Shown: positions 26,113 through 40,591 of the stretch, piece after piece
Position numbering within the stretch: the stretch's first letter is position 1
Layout of the letters: each line of letters starts with the position of its first letter
Origin: Octopus vulgaris
Lineage: Eukaryota
Assembly: GCA_951406725.2 (NCBI GenBank)
Contig: OX597824.1
Span: 15,066,001-15,130,000, forward strand
Length of the DNA: 64,000 nt
Direction of reading: 5' to 3'
Notes under the pieces: generated by a model
What the model was told of the DNA's origin: nothing
The model's database searches: none
What the model saw: only the letters and a program-made list of their open reading frames with translations
Program-made: the position numbers and the translations under genes

Positions 26113-26759
26113 TGTAAGACTAGTTGGTGGAGAGAACATGCTGAGGCCTTCGTTCTGCAGTGGACTGAATATAGACAATCCAATCCAATGCAATTCGAAA
26201 TAGATAAATAAGATAACAGAACCATTATTTAAATCACTTACTCAGAGCAGCAAGAACAGACGGTATGACTCTTTTTAAGGACTTCTGTAACAGATGAAAG
26301 GAAAGGGAAAAGTGATCCCGAGGACGGTGGTCTGGCTCCAAATGCTTCCAATAGAGTGGGCTCCACTAAATGTACTCAAATATTAGAAGGTGTTGATATC
26401 GGATTAAACAGAAACACAATCCTTAATTGATTGAGCTGATGGATTGAGGAGGCTTTAGTCGACTCTAAGGTTATCATAGAAGAGACTTGCTTGAAGTGTG
26501 ATAGAACACGAAACTTCGTAGATGCGATACAAATTTTGTAACCGTTTAGTTTCATCGGCATACGTTGTTTTCCAACACTCTTATTCCTGCGTGCATTAAT
26601 GTTTTTCGCGTTGTCGCCTTTTCTTAAATCCTTAAATCCTTAACAATGTTTCAGCCTGAAGGCTGCGGCCATGCTGGGGCACCACCACTGAAAATTTCTG
26701 ATCACATATATAGCATATGTCAACTCTCGGTTAACTTTTAACCCCTGCATATATATATA

Positions 26760-27207
26760 TTTCTTTATTGCCCACAAGGGGCTAAACACAGAGGGGACAA
26801 ACAAGGACAGACAAACGACCCCAGTGCGTAACTGGTACTTTATTTATCGACCCCGAAAGGATGAAAGGCAAAGTCGACCTCGGCGGAATTTGAACTCACA
26901 ACGTAACGACAGACGAAATACGGCTACACATTTCGCCCGGCGTGCTAAAGTTTCTGCCAACTCGCCGCCTATATATATTTCTTTACTACCCACAAGGGGC
27001 TAAACACAGAGAGGACAAACAAGGACAGACAGACGGATTAAGTCGATTACATCGACCCCAGTGCGTAACTGGTACTTAATTTATCGACCCCGAAAGGATG
27101 AAAGGCAAAGTCGACCTCGGCGGAATTTGAACTCACAACGTAACGACAGACGAAATACGGCTACACATTTCGCCCGGCGTGCTAAAGTTTCTGCCAACTC
27201 GCCGCCT
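26760..27207 (-). mobile_element. Two tandem SINE family B copies
   Basis: Near-identical units 26760-26970 and 26978-27207. Confidence 0.9.
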
Positions 27208-27779
27208 ATATATGCATATATATGCAACAGCAACGCGCAAGCGACATGCCTCACGTCGTAAAAAAGGGGTTGTGTTAAGTGTCTATACGCAGTCGTTCGA
27301 CTTTCAGAAATAGGAATCAAATATTTCTCACAAAACACTCGAAAAAAATATATTAGTTACTGCAGTCCCTGACCCTCAAAAGACGATATTGCCAAGGTGG
27401 GTACATATTTGATTGTAGCGTGGCCAATCAGTCCTCTAGAGAGAAATAACAGCAACAACAAAAACAAAAACTACAGCAATCACTTTGAAAAACATAATAC
27501 TACATTGGAAAACCAAACACCCAGTCCTGTTCCACGATACCGCCACTATACATATGAATACACATATATAGCTCAACAATCTTTCTAACCAACCTAAGAA
27601 GGAGCTACTATGTGGTCACACGGCATGCTAGAAATAGCTGTCAATGTCATTCAAACCACGCACTACCAACTTGGCAAAATGTGACTTTAAAATAATTCTA
27701 TTTTTTCATCCTAGATGCCAATTCATCACTCTGGACTGTACAGAGACGACAGATTAGCCATTTCCTATAACATGAACAG

Positions 27780-28120
27780 TCTCGCTATGGATAGATTAGG
27801 AAAGACTCAAGAGGAATGCTCATGGAATTCGATTAAAACATCACCATAAGAACCAAATAATAAAAGCCATCTTTTTAAAGACATTACTTTATATTTAACC
27901 AAAACCTACAGAAAACCAAGCGATATACACCCCCAAAAATTAAACTCATGATTTAACTTTGATTAAGGGTCTTATAGACGTTATAAATAGTAGAGTTTCC
28001 GATCTGTTTCCAAGCGAGAGCATTTTAAAAACTTATTTGTAAGAAGTGACTTTTGCAAGAAACAACTGTACAAAGAACAACCTCCACAGTAGTAGAACCA
28101 GAAAGAAGAAAGTTAGATAC
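27780..28120 (+). pseudogene. Degraded Penelope-like RT thumb remnant
   Basis: Broken frames read ..GIRL/NITIRT/..IF/DITL..TY..KPSD..LIKGLIDVINSRVSDL.., resembling the PLE RT C-terminus; abuts (TA)n. Confidence 0.4.
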
Positions 28121-28216
<96 letters not shown>

Positions 28217-28456
28217 TTATTTAAAATTAAGGATATAATCTTTATAAGAAATTATCAGTAGTTAGCGTGAAAAACCTCGTAAGAGAAAAATTCTATTAAT
28301 TTTTCTACTTTGAAAATATTTATTTATATTATATAGAGGGTACTATTATTCATAGGTACCGCACGCTAAGAGGGACCTTTGCAGTCAAAACTACTAAAAT
28401 AAACAAATTTTACCGAATGCAAAACTTCAAAGCAAGTCATTTAAAAACAGAATTTA

Positions 28457-28520
28457 GTTACATATCACCTGTGATTTCGCAATCAATGCAGAATATGCAT
28501 TCTATGCTCTTCAGTGCAAC
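28457..28520 (-). ncRNA. Hammerhead ribozyme, intact core
   Basis: Minus strand GTTGCA-CTGAAGA-GCA..AATGCA/TGCATT..TGC-GAAA-TCAC-AG-GTGA-TA-TGTAAC; AUA triplet. Confidence 0.85.
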
Positions 28521-28690
28521 GAACTCAAGACATGTAAGAAAAAAACACAAGATAGCATACCCGACAGCCAACCGCAGAATTCGTCGTAGCATGTACGAAT
28601 GTTTATCTTTACATATCTATGAAAATGGCGGGCTTATTCAGTCTGATACAAGGAATCATAAACGCATATAAACCATCCAAGTGTATTTTT

Positions 28691-28784
28691 TTCCCTCTGA
28701 AGATATTATGCTCAGTTCATATAAATATAAATTTAATATTTACTTAATATTTACTGAGAATTAATTGAAACAGCTGTAAGGGAA
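28691..28784 (+). ncRNA. Hammerhead ribozyme with long AU-rich stem II
   Basis: TTCCCT-CTGAAGA-[..CTCAGT..ACTGAG..]-GAAA-CAGCTG-TA-AGGGAA; palindromic stem III, GUA triplet. Confidence 0.8.
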
Positions 28785-28886
28785 GATGATTAATTTGCTG
28801 TTAATAATAAACAATTCTTAACTACCCAATCTCCATTTTCTTTTTATTCTTTTTCATGACCGCAGCTCTGAGCTGAAACTACAACA

Positions 28887-29097
<211 letters not shown>

Positions 29098-29099
29098 TA

Positions 29100-29363
29100 T
29101 ATGGGAACAGGACGTCACCAATTGTGTAAACAGCATGAACTACGAAAACAAACGAGTTAAATACGCAAACAATGAGAGAAAAAAGTGGAAAGCAGGACAA
29201 GTAACACAGAGAACGACCCTTCGCCAGTCGTCAGCTGTCTGTCTACTCATTTCGAGCATTCAACGACAATACGAGCCTTCGAAGACAGTTGCTCCCATAA
29301 ATTCCCAAATGAAATTTTTGATTTATGGAGGGTCAAAGTTGGGAATAAGAACAGGACAGTGGA

Positions 29364-29366
<3 letters not shown>
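29100..29366 (-). mobile_element. PLE-terminus-like insert in (TA)n (related fragment at 50051-50158)
   Basis: End atggg(a/t)acaggac is shared with 50140-50158 (inverted); HHR-like 3' half GAAA-TGAG-TA. Confidence 0.55.
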
Positions 29367-29437
<71 letters not shown>

Positions 29438-29447
29438 ATATTTAATT

Positions 29448-29603
29448 GAAGCTGAAAAAACTTAACAAACTGTTGCTCAGTTTCACGTAACCGCTCATTG
29501 GAGAGCTGTGAGAATCAAGAATAGCTGTGAATTCTCACAATTGTCTGATGAACAATTATGCGAAACGCTGAGTAACAGCTTGTGAAGGTTTTTTTCACCT
29601 TCG
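29448..29603. mobile_element. Fold-back insert with two divergent, decayed HHRs
   Basis: Arms 29448-29514 and 29530-29603. Plus copy TTGT-CTGATGA-..-GAAA-CGCTGAG-TA-ACAG (29541-29578); minus copy CCAATGA-GCG-GTTA-CGT-GAAA. Confidence 0.7.
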
Positions 29604-29682
29604 GTACAAGACTTTTCTTTTTACTTCTCCTTTAGTATTCGAGCACTATTTATGCACCTATGTGCTCTCAGGCGTGTGTGAC

Positions 29683-29724
<42 letters not shown>

Positions 29725-29770
29725 CACACACATTTAAACATAAATATATATTTACATGTATATATATATA

Positions 29771-29836
<66 letters not shown>

Positions 29837-29839
<3 letters not shown>

Positions 29840-30232
29840 TGATATATAAAAGTGAAGTTGTGTGTCTGTCTCCTACGATTTAGATTCCTAACTACTCCCA
29901 CATTTTGCGGTGCAGTTTAACCAAAAACCGGGTATCTTATAGTCGTGATTCATATCGAGCCCTTCTGAGTATTAGCGCGCGTCTACGATGAGTCTACGAT
30001 TTAAAAAAATTTTACCATCATTTTTTTCCATTTTAATGCATTTTTTCGCTATTATATAAGGGAAGTAACTATCTAAAAACGTCTACAATGAGTCAACGAT
30101 TTAAAAAAAAAATTTACCATAATTTTTTTCCATTTTTAATGCATTTTTTTGCTATTTTTGGGCTATAACTCTCTAATAATGGTTATATAGTTATTTCCCT
30201 TACAAACCGAGCAACGCCGGGCGATACTGCTA

Positions 30233-30233
<1 letters not shown>
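29837..30233 (+). mobile_element. Non-autonomous Helitron in (TA)n
   Basis: 5'-TC start, subterminal hairpin ccgagcaacgccggg, 3'-CTAG followed by T. Confidence 0.9.
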
Positions 30234-30289
<56 letters not shown>

Positions 30290-30734
30290 TATTTATAAAT
30301 ATACTTATATACTTGTGCGTGTGTGCCTATAGTGCAAAGGTCGAATGCTATAAATGTTTTCTCCTATGAGAGATTGCTAAGCCTTGACAACCTCCCATAG
30401 GAAGTCTAAATGTCTATGGATATTTATATGTAAAAAAATAAAATGATACGAGGCAAGTTCTGTCTTAAAATTTGAACCTACGGGTTGAAACAAGTGCAAT
30501 ATTAGGCAGCGTTCTAGGAACTGATTCTTTACAATGATCTAAATAAAGAATATGTAGACGAAAAGGATAAAGCGCTGTGCCTTTAAGAGTCGGTGTCTAT
30601 AAGGATGTATGGCAGTTGTAAAATGTTTACACATGTATACGCATACGTATATAGTTGTATCATGTAAGCGGGTGTTTTTGTATTTGCATGTAAGATTTAT
30701 CGTACAATGACAAGCAAGTTCATTATGGTAAAGC

Positions 30735-30787
<53 letters not shown>

Positions 30788-30856
30788 GTATATATGTGTA
30801 TGTATGTATGTATGTATGTATGTATGTATGTATGTATGAATCTGAATCTGTATATA

Positions 30857-30924
<68 letters not shown>

Positions 30925-31004
30925 TATATATGTATATATATATATCACCAGTGAACTAAACCCCCATATTTTGTGTGTATATATATAGGATATATATATA
31001 TATA

Positions 31005-31037
<33 letters not shown>

Positions 31038-31128
31038 GTACATATTATAGTTAAGTACGTGTGTGCATATATATTTATAAGTATATAGGTATGCATATAA
31101 ATGTTCATATGTAGGTATATATGCTTGC

Positions 31129-31159
<31 letters not shown>

Positions 31160-31296
31160 CTCACACACATATATATCCATCCATTCAACCATCCATACAT
31201 ACATAGACACGAACACACGCACATACACAGTCACACACACATGTATATTAATGTATGTGTATGTATACACACACACATATATATATACATACATAT

Positions 31297-31383
<87 letters not shown>

Positions 31384-31476
31384 TATATCTACAATATATA
31401 TGTTTATATCTCAATAAACGCATAAGAATTCTTCAAACATTTATGTATATATGTAGATGCTAATCGAATATATACA

Positions 31477-31589
<113 letters not shown>

Positions 31590-31752
31590 GTCTATCTGTA
31601 TGTATGTATATATATTTATTTCTCTATATAAATACTCATACATGTGACGAAATCATTTCAGCCAATCGGCCAAACCCAATCAGTGGAGACATTCTCCGGG
31701 GGACATGCCTATTCAATTGCATTCTTTCAGCGTTTTTTTTTAAGAACGACTT

Positions 31753-32428
31753 CACCACCACCACTAACATTACCCTCACCACCATTGCCACCAACACCAC
31801 CACAACAACCACCACCACCACCACAACCACCTCCACCACCACAACCACCACTATCACCACAACAACTACCACTACCACGACCACCACCACCACTATCACC
31901 ACAACAACTACCACTACCACGACGACCACCACCACCACCGCCGTCGCCGTCACCATCATCACCACCACCACCACCACCACCACCACCACCACCACTACTA
32001 CCACCACTATCACCACCACCACCACCACCACCACCACCACCACCACCACCACCACTATCACAACCACCACCACCACCACCACAACCACCACCAACACCAC
32101 CACCACCACTGCTGTCACCTACATCACCACCACCACCACCACTAACAGCAGCAGCCCCGTCACCATCGCCGCCACCAATGCCACCGACGCCACCACCACC
32201 ACCACCAATGCCACCACCATCACTATCACCGCCACCAGTACCACAACTACCAGAACTACCACCAGCACGACGACAACGACGACGACGACAACCATCACCA
32301 CCACCACCACCACCACCACTATCCCCCGCCAGCACCATCAACCACTACCAATACCATCACTCACTCCCACCACCACCACCACCACCACTAGCGCCGCCCA
32401 CCACTACCACCACCACCACCACCACTAG
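31753..32428. repeat. (ACC)n-rich low-complexity tract
   Basis: Degenerate cac/acc repeats. Confidence 0.9.
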
Positions 32429-32852
32429 CGCCGCCACCGGCACCGCTCAGTATTTTGCTTGAGGCATCCTAACCATAACAGGAAATCAAATTGGGGACAT
32501 ACAGTTGCTGAGACAATCCGAGGGGAAATCAACACCCTCCCCATCATCACCATCATCACCATCATCACCATCATCACCATCATCACCATCATCACCATCA
32601 TCACCATCATCACCATCATCACCATCATCGAACTACTACTACTGCTGCTGCTGTTGTGGCTGTTTTGGCTAGTACTATATATATGTATGCATATATATTA
32701 TACATATATATATATACATATATATATATATTATGCATATAAATATATTATGCATAGATATATTATGCATATATATATATATATACACACATTATACATA
32801 GATATATTATGCATATATATATATATATACATTATGCATAGATATATTATGC

Positions 32853-32920
<68 letters not shown>

Positions 32921-32927
<7 letters not shown>

Positions 32928-33420
32928 TGTAGTTGTGTGAGTGTCTGTCCCCTTCGATTTAGATTCCTAACTACTCCCACATTTTGCGGTGCAGTTTAAC
33001 CAAAATTCGGGTATCTTATAGTCGTGATTCATATCGAGCCCGTCTGGCTATTAGCGCGCGTCTACGATAAGTCTACGATTTTAAAAATAATTTAACATCA
33101 TTTTTTATTCCATTTTAATGCATAATTTTTCGTGTGTCGATGGCGGCGGAGTTGGCGTCCACGCTCACACCTGCGTTGCTTCTCCCCCTTCTTCCCTCCC
33201 TCGTGAAACTGTGGGGAAGGGAGTGTAAGGAAGTCAACGTCGTAAAGCGTTGTCAAGGAGACCAGCGTTCTTTTAGAACAACGACTTCATGGTTTGAAGA
33301 CACCAAAACAGAAATGGCTAAGAAAGCCCGAATTGGCATCTATAAGGGAAGTAACTCTCTAAAAATGCTTATATAGTTATTTCCCTTACAAACCCGAGCA
33401 ACGCCGGGCGATACTGCTAG
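32921..33420 (+). mobile_element. Non-autonomous Helitron variant with an extra internal segment
   Basis: Same 5' body and 3' hairpin+CTAG as the 29837 copy; 33131-33340 is absent from the other copies. Confidence 0.85.
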
Positions 33421-33674
33421 TTTACTTATATATTTTACTTACCTCACAGTTTCACATATTCATTCATACACAACATCAGCCATTGTATTTAGCATTTAAA
33501 TGCAGAATATATAGAACTCAGTTATCCCAATTCACATTTAAATTATTATCCTGACCATTATTCATCATCATCATCATCATCATCATCATCGTTTAACGTC
33601 CGCTTTCCATGCTAGCATGGGTTGGACGATTTGACTGAGGCTTGGCGAACCAGATGGCTGCATCAGACTCCAAT

Positions 33675-33724
<50 letters not shown>

Positions 33725-33793
33725 CATATATATGTATATAATATATATAAATGTATATATACATATATACACATATATATGTATATATATGCA

Positions 33794-33837
<44 letters not shown>

Positions 33838-33873
33838 AACATACATACATACATACATACATGCATACATACA

Positions 33874-33904
<31 letters not shown>

Positions 33905-34469
33905 GCATAAATACATACATGTATACATATATATGGAACTTGGGAAAATATTTAAAAGACATGCATTGTAAATGTGAAGGCAAATTTTGATTACAGAGAG
34001 TGGAGCATAAAAGAATTTTATTGGTTGGTCACATAACTGTTGCTTTCAAAATAGATAGATGTAGGGGGGGGATGGGTAAAGGGAATATATTGGTTCCAGA
34101 TAAGCAGGGGAAAAGGGTAGTGGGGAATGAAAGAGGGAAGAAGTGAGAGAAAAATGATCGATATTAAGCTGTATAAAAAATATGAAACACCTATTTTAAT
34201 AAGCGGGTGTGCTAGGCATGTCAAAGAAATATGAATATGTGAATCTAGGAAAGTCAGAAGGAGACAGTCAGGAATGAAGAAAAGCGAAAAGGAAAATTAA
34301 AATATAAATTAAATGAAGTTTATTGCTAATATAAAAGAATAGAAATAGAAGAGAAAAAGGAAAAATGTTCTTGAAATTTGGAGTTTTTTTTGAATGGTGT
34401 TAATAAAACAATTCGATATGCGAAATAGAACGAGTAAAAGAAAAAAGCATTTGAAGATGCAAAGATGAT

Positions 34470-35010
<541 letters not shown>

Positions 35011-35405
35011 GATTACAACCGCTGGAACTGTTAGATCACTTATTTTGAATTTCTCATGCTTGTAGGAATTTAAGAGAATCGTAGCTACAGACAAGAATCG
35101 TCTGCTACAGCCGCCGGAACTGCTAGATCACTGATTTCGCCCTGCTCGGAATTCCTCGATGGCAGTTTTGCTTGTAAAAATTTGAGAGCTCGGATCTTTA
35201 GTTTAAGGCAGGTGTATCAGTGCTTCAGGGTAAAATGTTTCTCGCTTAAATACACATTACAATGCAAGCTTGAACGGAAAGTTCTACGTCGATGTTTTGT
35301 AGGATACTCTAAAATTATCTGAAATTATTTTCAACGCAGTCGGACTGGTTTCTTACAAGAACCATTGGAACTGTGAAAAACTTGACGGGTAAGTTTTGTC
35401 TAGAT

Positions 35406-35604
35406 CAGTGCTTTTCAAACTTTTTGATGGAGCGGAACTCCAAGGAAACATTCCACTGGCTCGAGGAACCCCTGTGCAATAATTTAATAGTCTTATGCAC
35501 ACATATCTGCACAGGAAAATTGAAAATTTCTGACGATTTTAGCAGTTTTGTAACTTCTTGCGGAACCCCTGGACTGTACTGGCGGAACCCTGGTTGAAAA
35601 CCAC
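35406..35604. mobile_element. hAT-like MITE
   Basis: cagtgcttttcaa ... ttgaaaaccac termini with internal gcggaacccc repeats. Confidence 0.6.
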
Positions 35605-36033
35605 GTTTTAAGCGTTCATTGTGTCATGAGCGGACACAAGGACCCTCTTAAACATTTTGTATTCTAGACCCTGGGTAACATCCAGGTTGTAACAGCTTAT
35701 GTAAGGAAAATATATTTGATCAATTCCGTTGGGATGGAAGGCAAACTCGAGCTAGGCGGACACTGAACTCAGAACGTAACGAACAGACACAACTTATTTG
35801 TCTGGCGCTCTAACGACTCACCCAACTCGCTATCTTGTATATATATATATGTATATACATATGCATATATATATATGTATATATATATTAATCAATATAA
35901 TCAATATGATTAGGGTAAATGTTTTTTAATTTTCCTTTGATTTCTGAATTTCTACTATTTAGTGGTTTGAGTTTAGCTGCTCGTTTTAGCGAGTTGAATG
36001 GCCTATTAAGGCCATTCCTTAATATTATTGTTG

Positions 36034-36076
<43 letters not shown>

Positions 36077-36095
36077 ATATATGTATATATATATG

Positions 36096-36128
<33 letters not shown>

Positions 36129-36129
36129 G

Positions 36130-36218
<89 letters not shown>

Positions 36219-36407
36219 GTATATATAATAATAAATATTAGGGAATAAATCCAAAATTACAGGGAAAAAATCAGATTCAGGATTAAATCCAATTTTATAG
36301 TAAAATATTATATAATATTAATTCGAGACAAAACCACTATTTTGCAAATCAAACAAGGAAAGACTTAATCAATACATAAAAAAATTTGATATAAAGTAAA
36401 TAAATCG

Positions 36408-36451
36408 CCACTACAATTGTTTCATGTCTTCAAATGACATTCGTCAGGTGG
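36408..36451 (-). ncRNA. Minimal hammerhead ribozyme, inverted twin
   Basis: Exact reverse complement of 36503-36546. Confidence 0.9.
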
Positions 36452-36502
36452 ATTTCCGATCTTCTATTCAGTTTTAATTTATGAAGTAAGAAGATCGGAA
36501 AT

Positions 36503-36546
36503 CCACCTGACGAATGTCATTTGAAGACATGAAACAATTGTAGTGG
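36503..36546 (+). ncRNA. Minimal hammerhead ribozyme, canonical core
   Basis: CCAC-CTGACGA-ATGTC-atttgaa-GACAT-GAAA-CAATTG-TA-GTGG. Confidence 0.9.
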
Positions 36547-36687
36547 CGATTTATTTACTTTATATTAAATTTTTTTATGTATTGATTAAGTCTTTCCTTG
36601 TTTGATTTGCAAAATAGTGGTTTTGTCTCGAATTAATATTATATATGTATATATATCTATGTATATAATATATGTATATATATATAC

Positions 36688-36748
<61 letters not shown>

Positions 36749-36750
36749 CA

Positions 36751-36809
<59 letters not shown>

Positions 36810-37156
36810 TTGTTCAGTTTTATTTCAAGATTTCTTGCCAATAGAGAAAGAACCGGTTTCTAACCTAGATCCGAGGCTCCTTCATTGGAATTTCAACATC
36901 AACAACATTTTTGTAAGTATGTATGTATGTATGTATGTATGTATGTATGTATGTATGTATGTATGTATGTATGTATGTATGTATGTATGTATGTATGTAT
37001 GTATGCATGCATGTATGTATGTATGTATGTATGTATGTATGTATGTATTATGTATGTATGTACGTACGTATGAATGTGTGTGTATGCATGTATGTATGTA
37101 TATGTGAATGGATGTATGTATAGATGTACATATGGATGCATTAGTGTATGTATGGT

Positions 37157-37188
<32 letters not shown>

Positions 37189-37452
37189 TGTATGTATGTA
37201 TGTATGTATGTATGTATGTATGGATGGATGGATGGATGAATGGATGGATGGATGGATGTATGGATGTATGTATGTATGAATGTATGTATGTATGTATGTA
37301 TGGATGGATGGATGTGTATTTATGGATGTATGGATGGATGGATGTTTGTATCTACGTATGTATGGGTGTATGTGTGTATGTATGTATAAGTGTAAGGTGT
37401 TATTCATATACGTGTGTAAGTGTGTGCATGTGTGTGACAGAGTGTGTGTGTA

Positions 37453-37617
<165 letters not shown>

Positions 37618-38117
37618 GCCTGCCTGCATGCTTGTCTGTTTGTGCATCTCTCTCTCCATGGCAGCGTCTTTTTGTGTACGTGTGTGCACGCAGAAGCTGC
37701 GTACAAGTGTGTATGCATGCACACATGCATGCCTGCATGAACACTCACCTCACCTATGCATGCATTGACGAACGCTTCTAATATATGCATGTTGAGTTAA
37801 AGAAACAACAAAAACACAAACAAAATATTAAAGAGAAATTAAAGAACAACAAAGAACCATAAAAAACGCATACAAAAACCTAACCAGAAAGACAAAATGG
37901 CGTAAATGAAAACTAAACAAAAATGGTAACCAGCATCTTTCGTTCTCTAGTCTTTAGAGATAGAATAAATCGTGAGGTGGTTTAGAAATCTATGTCACAC
38001 TTCTGCAAAAGACTATATTAAAATATATACATGCATAAATTGTACAAATTTGATCAAATAGTTATTTCCACGTCCACGTCCATGTTTGAAATTTGTTTGT
38101 TCTTTTTTTTTTTTTGC

Positions 38118-38620
38118 TTTCTTCTTCTTCTTCTTCTTCTTCTTCTTCTTCTTCTTCTTCTTCTTCTTCTTCTTCTTCTTCTTCTTCTTCTTCTTTTCCT
38201 CCTCCTTCTTCTTCTTCTTCTCCTCCTCCTCCTTCTTCTTCTTCTTCTTCTTTTTCTTCTTCTTCTCCTTCTTCCTCCTCCTCCTCCTCCTCCTCCTCCT
38301 TCTTCTTCTTCTTCTTCTTTCTTCTTTTCTCCTAATCCCCTTCTTCTTTTTCTCCTCCTCCTCCTCCTCCTCCTTCTTCTTCTTTTTCTTCTTCTTCTTT
38401 CTTCTTTTCTCCTAATCCCCTTCTTTTTCTCCTCCTCCTCCTCATTCTTCTTTTTCTTCTTCTTCTTCTTCTTCTTCTTCTTCTTCTTCTCTTCTTTCTT
38501 TTCTTGTTGTTGTTGCTGTTGTTGTTGTTCTTCTTCCTCTTCGTTGTTGTTCTTCTTTTTCTTTTTCTCCTCCTCCCCTCTCCTCTCCCCTTCTTTTTCC
38601 TCCTCCTCCTCCTCCGCCAC
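38118..38620. repeat. (CTT/CCT)n polypyrimidine tract
   Basis: Simple repeat. Confidence 0.9.
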
Positions 38621-39254
38621 TTCTCTATAACTACTGCTAAGACCACCATTACCATCTTTATCCCATGAAGAATTATGACAGTGAAGAAAATAACAATAAA
38701 GATAACAACAACAACAACAACAATAATATCAATAATAATAATTATTTCTATAAACTTTCTGATGATCATCATATTTCTTCTCGTCCTTCTCACCTCATGA
38801 CGATGATGATGATGATCATCATCATCATCAGCGCATTGTGCAACCGTCTCTCTCTCTCTCTCTCTCGCTCCTTTATCTCTCTGTATATATATATATATAT
38901 ATATAAGGATGTCCAGGCATCAATACATTACGGCCGTTTCGAGCGGCTCCATTACGGCCGTTTCGAGCGGCTCCATTTAATCACTCAATGAAAACATTAC
39001 ATCAATTGTTTTGGTCGTCCGAAGCTGTAAGTGGAAGAGACTTGTTGAGACAAAAAATAAATAAATAAATAAATAAAATAAAACACGCAGCAGAATTGAA
39101 CATGAAAAATATAAAACAGTAATATAAAATAGCTGTCTCGCAGACTGCTGAGGAATTTGGCTAAAAAGTCATCTTAGGTTAAGTATGACTGGAAAATCAT
39201 CTTTTGATGGAATGTAATGAATAAAAGACAAAACCTGCATGTGTCCTTGGTAAG

Positions 39255-39653
39255 GTAGAAACCTGGACGTTATCAAAGAAGCTTGAGAGGCGGTTGGATG
39301 GAACCTACACTCGCCTCCTTATGAGAGCTCAAAATCTCTCGTGGAAGCGCCATCCAACCAAAATGCAAATATATGGGAAATTACCACCTGTGTCATCTCT
39401 TGTGAAAGGTAGGAGAGTCCAGTTTGCTGGACATTGTTGTAGAGCTGAAAAAGAAGTAATTTCTACTCTTCTCCTCTGGAAGCCATCTACTCGCAATACC
39501 AGACCAGAGGGCGCACACTCTCCTACCCTGATGTAATCTCCAGGGATACAGGCATCCAGCAACAGGACCTCCGTAATGCTATGATGGACCGTGAAGTCTG
39601 GCGTAACATAGTAAATTCCATTGTCTCGACCACGGTCGAACAATGATGATGAT
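39255..39653 (+). pseudogene. RTE-type LINE 3' end with (GAT)n tail
   Basis: ETWTLSKKLERRLDGTYTRLLMRAQNLSW...RRVQFAGHCCRA...LLLWKP.../...AMMDREVWRNIV. Confidence 0.85.
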
Positions 39654-40207
39654 GTTATTGTGGGAATCACTTATTGTAAAGAGCTTTAAAAAGAGTTGTT
39701 ACTCTTTAGTAAACAGGAAAAACAGTGGTTCTATACTTGAGAATGTCTTAAAGCGCTCAAGTAAGCATGAGGAGAATAATCCAGAATTGCGGTTATGGAG
39801 TGGTTTAATCGGAAATTAATGTATTAACGTTTCTTGTCCTTACACACACATACACGCACACACACACTCACACATACACATATCTGCGAAAAGTCGGCAA
39901 GAATGAGAATATAATAAATGGTTTTCCACTTGATATCATCTACTTAAGGTTACCGAAAATTTTAGATCAAGTAGTGTCAAATAGTTTGACTTGATAGCGA
40001 AACGTATAAAACGAGTTTTTAAAGACTTTATACCGTTAATCCAATGTATGATTTATTGAGTGTCCTAATGCTAACACTACAGAGCAAATAATTCCTTTAT
40101 AAGTACATTTACGGTAGAATGAACACGGGTTACTGAATGAATTGAGTTGCAGGGTCGGGGAGGTTACGTGAAGGAAAATTGATTGAATAACAAACTTGTA
40201 TTAATGA

Positions 40208-40591
40208 CTAGCAGTATCGCCCGGCGTTGCTCGGGTTTGTAAGGGAAATAACTATATAAGCATTTTTAGAGATGTAAAGTATAATAGCCATCTTAATATG
40301 GTGGGTGTTACTGTAGCTTTTTACGTTCTGAGATTTCATAATAAATTTTTAGAGAGTTACTTCCCTTATATATGCCAAACATGCATTAAAAATATGGGAA
40401 AAATTAATGGTAAATTATTTTTAAAATCGTAGACTCATCGTAGACGCGCGCTAATACCCAGAAGGGCTCGATATGAATCACGAATATAAGATACCCGCTT
40501 TTGGTTACACTGCACCGCAAAATGTGGGAGTAGTTAGGAATCTAAATCGTAGGAGACAGACATCACACAGCTTCACTTTTATATATAAAGA
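40208..40591 (-). mobile_element. Non-autonomous Helitron
   Basis: Same family as 11205-11597; A|T insertion site. Confidence 0.9.

Larger units (their letters stand above)
36238..36644. mobile_element. Near-perfect fold-back insert in (TA)n with two identical divergent HHRs
   Basis: Arms about 36310-36465 and 36489-36644. Confidence 0.9.

Noticed and set aside
38925-38990. 24-bp tandem duplication containing minus-strand CTC-GAAA-CGGCCG-TA
   Set aside because: It looks like an HHR 3' half, but no CUGANGA strand is present.
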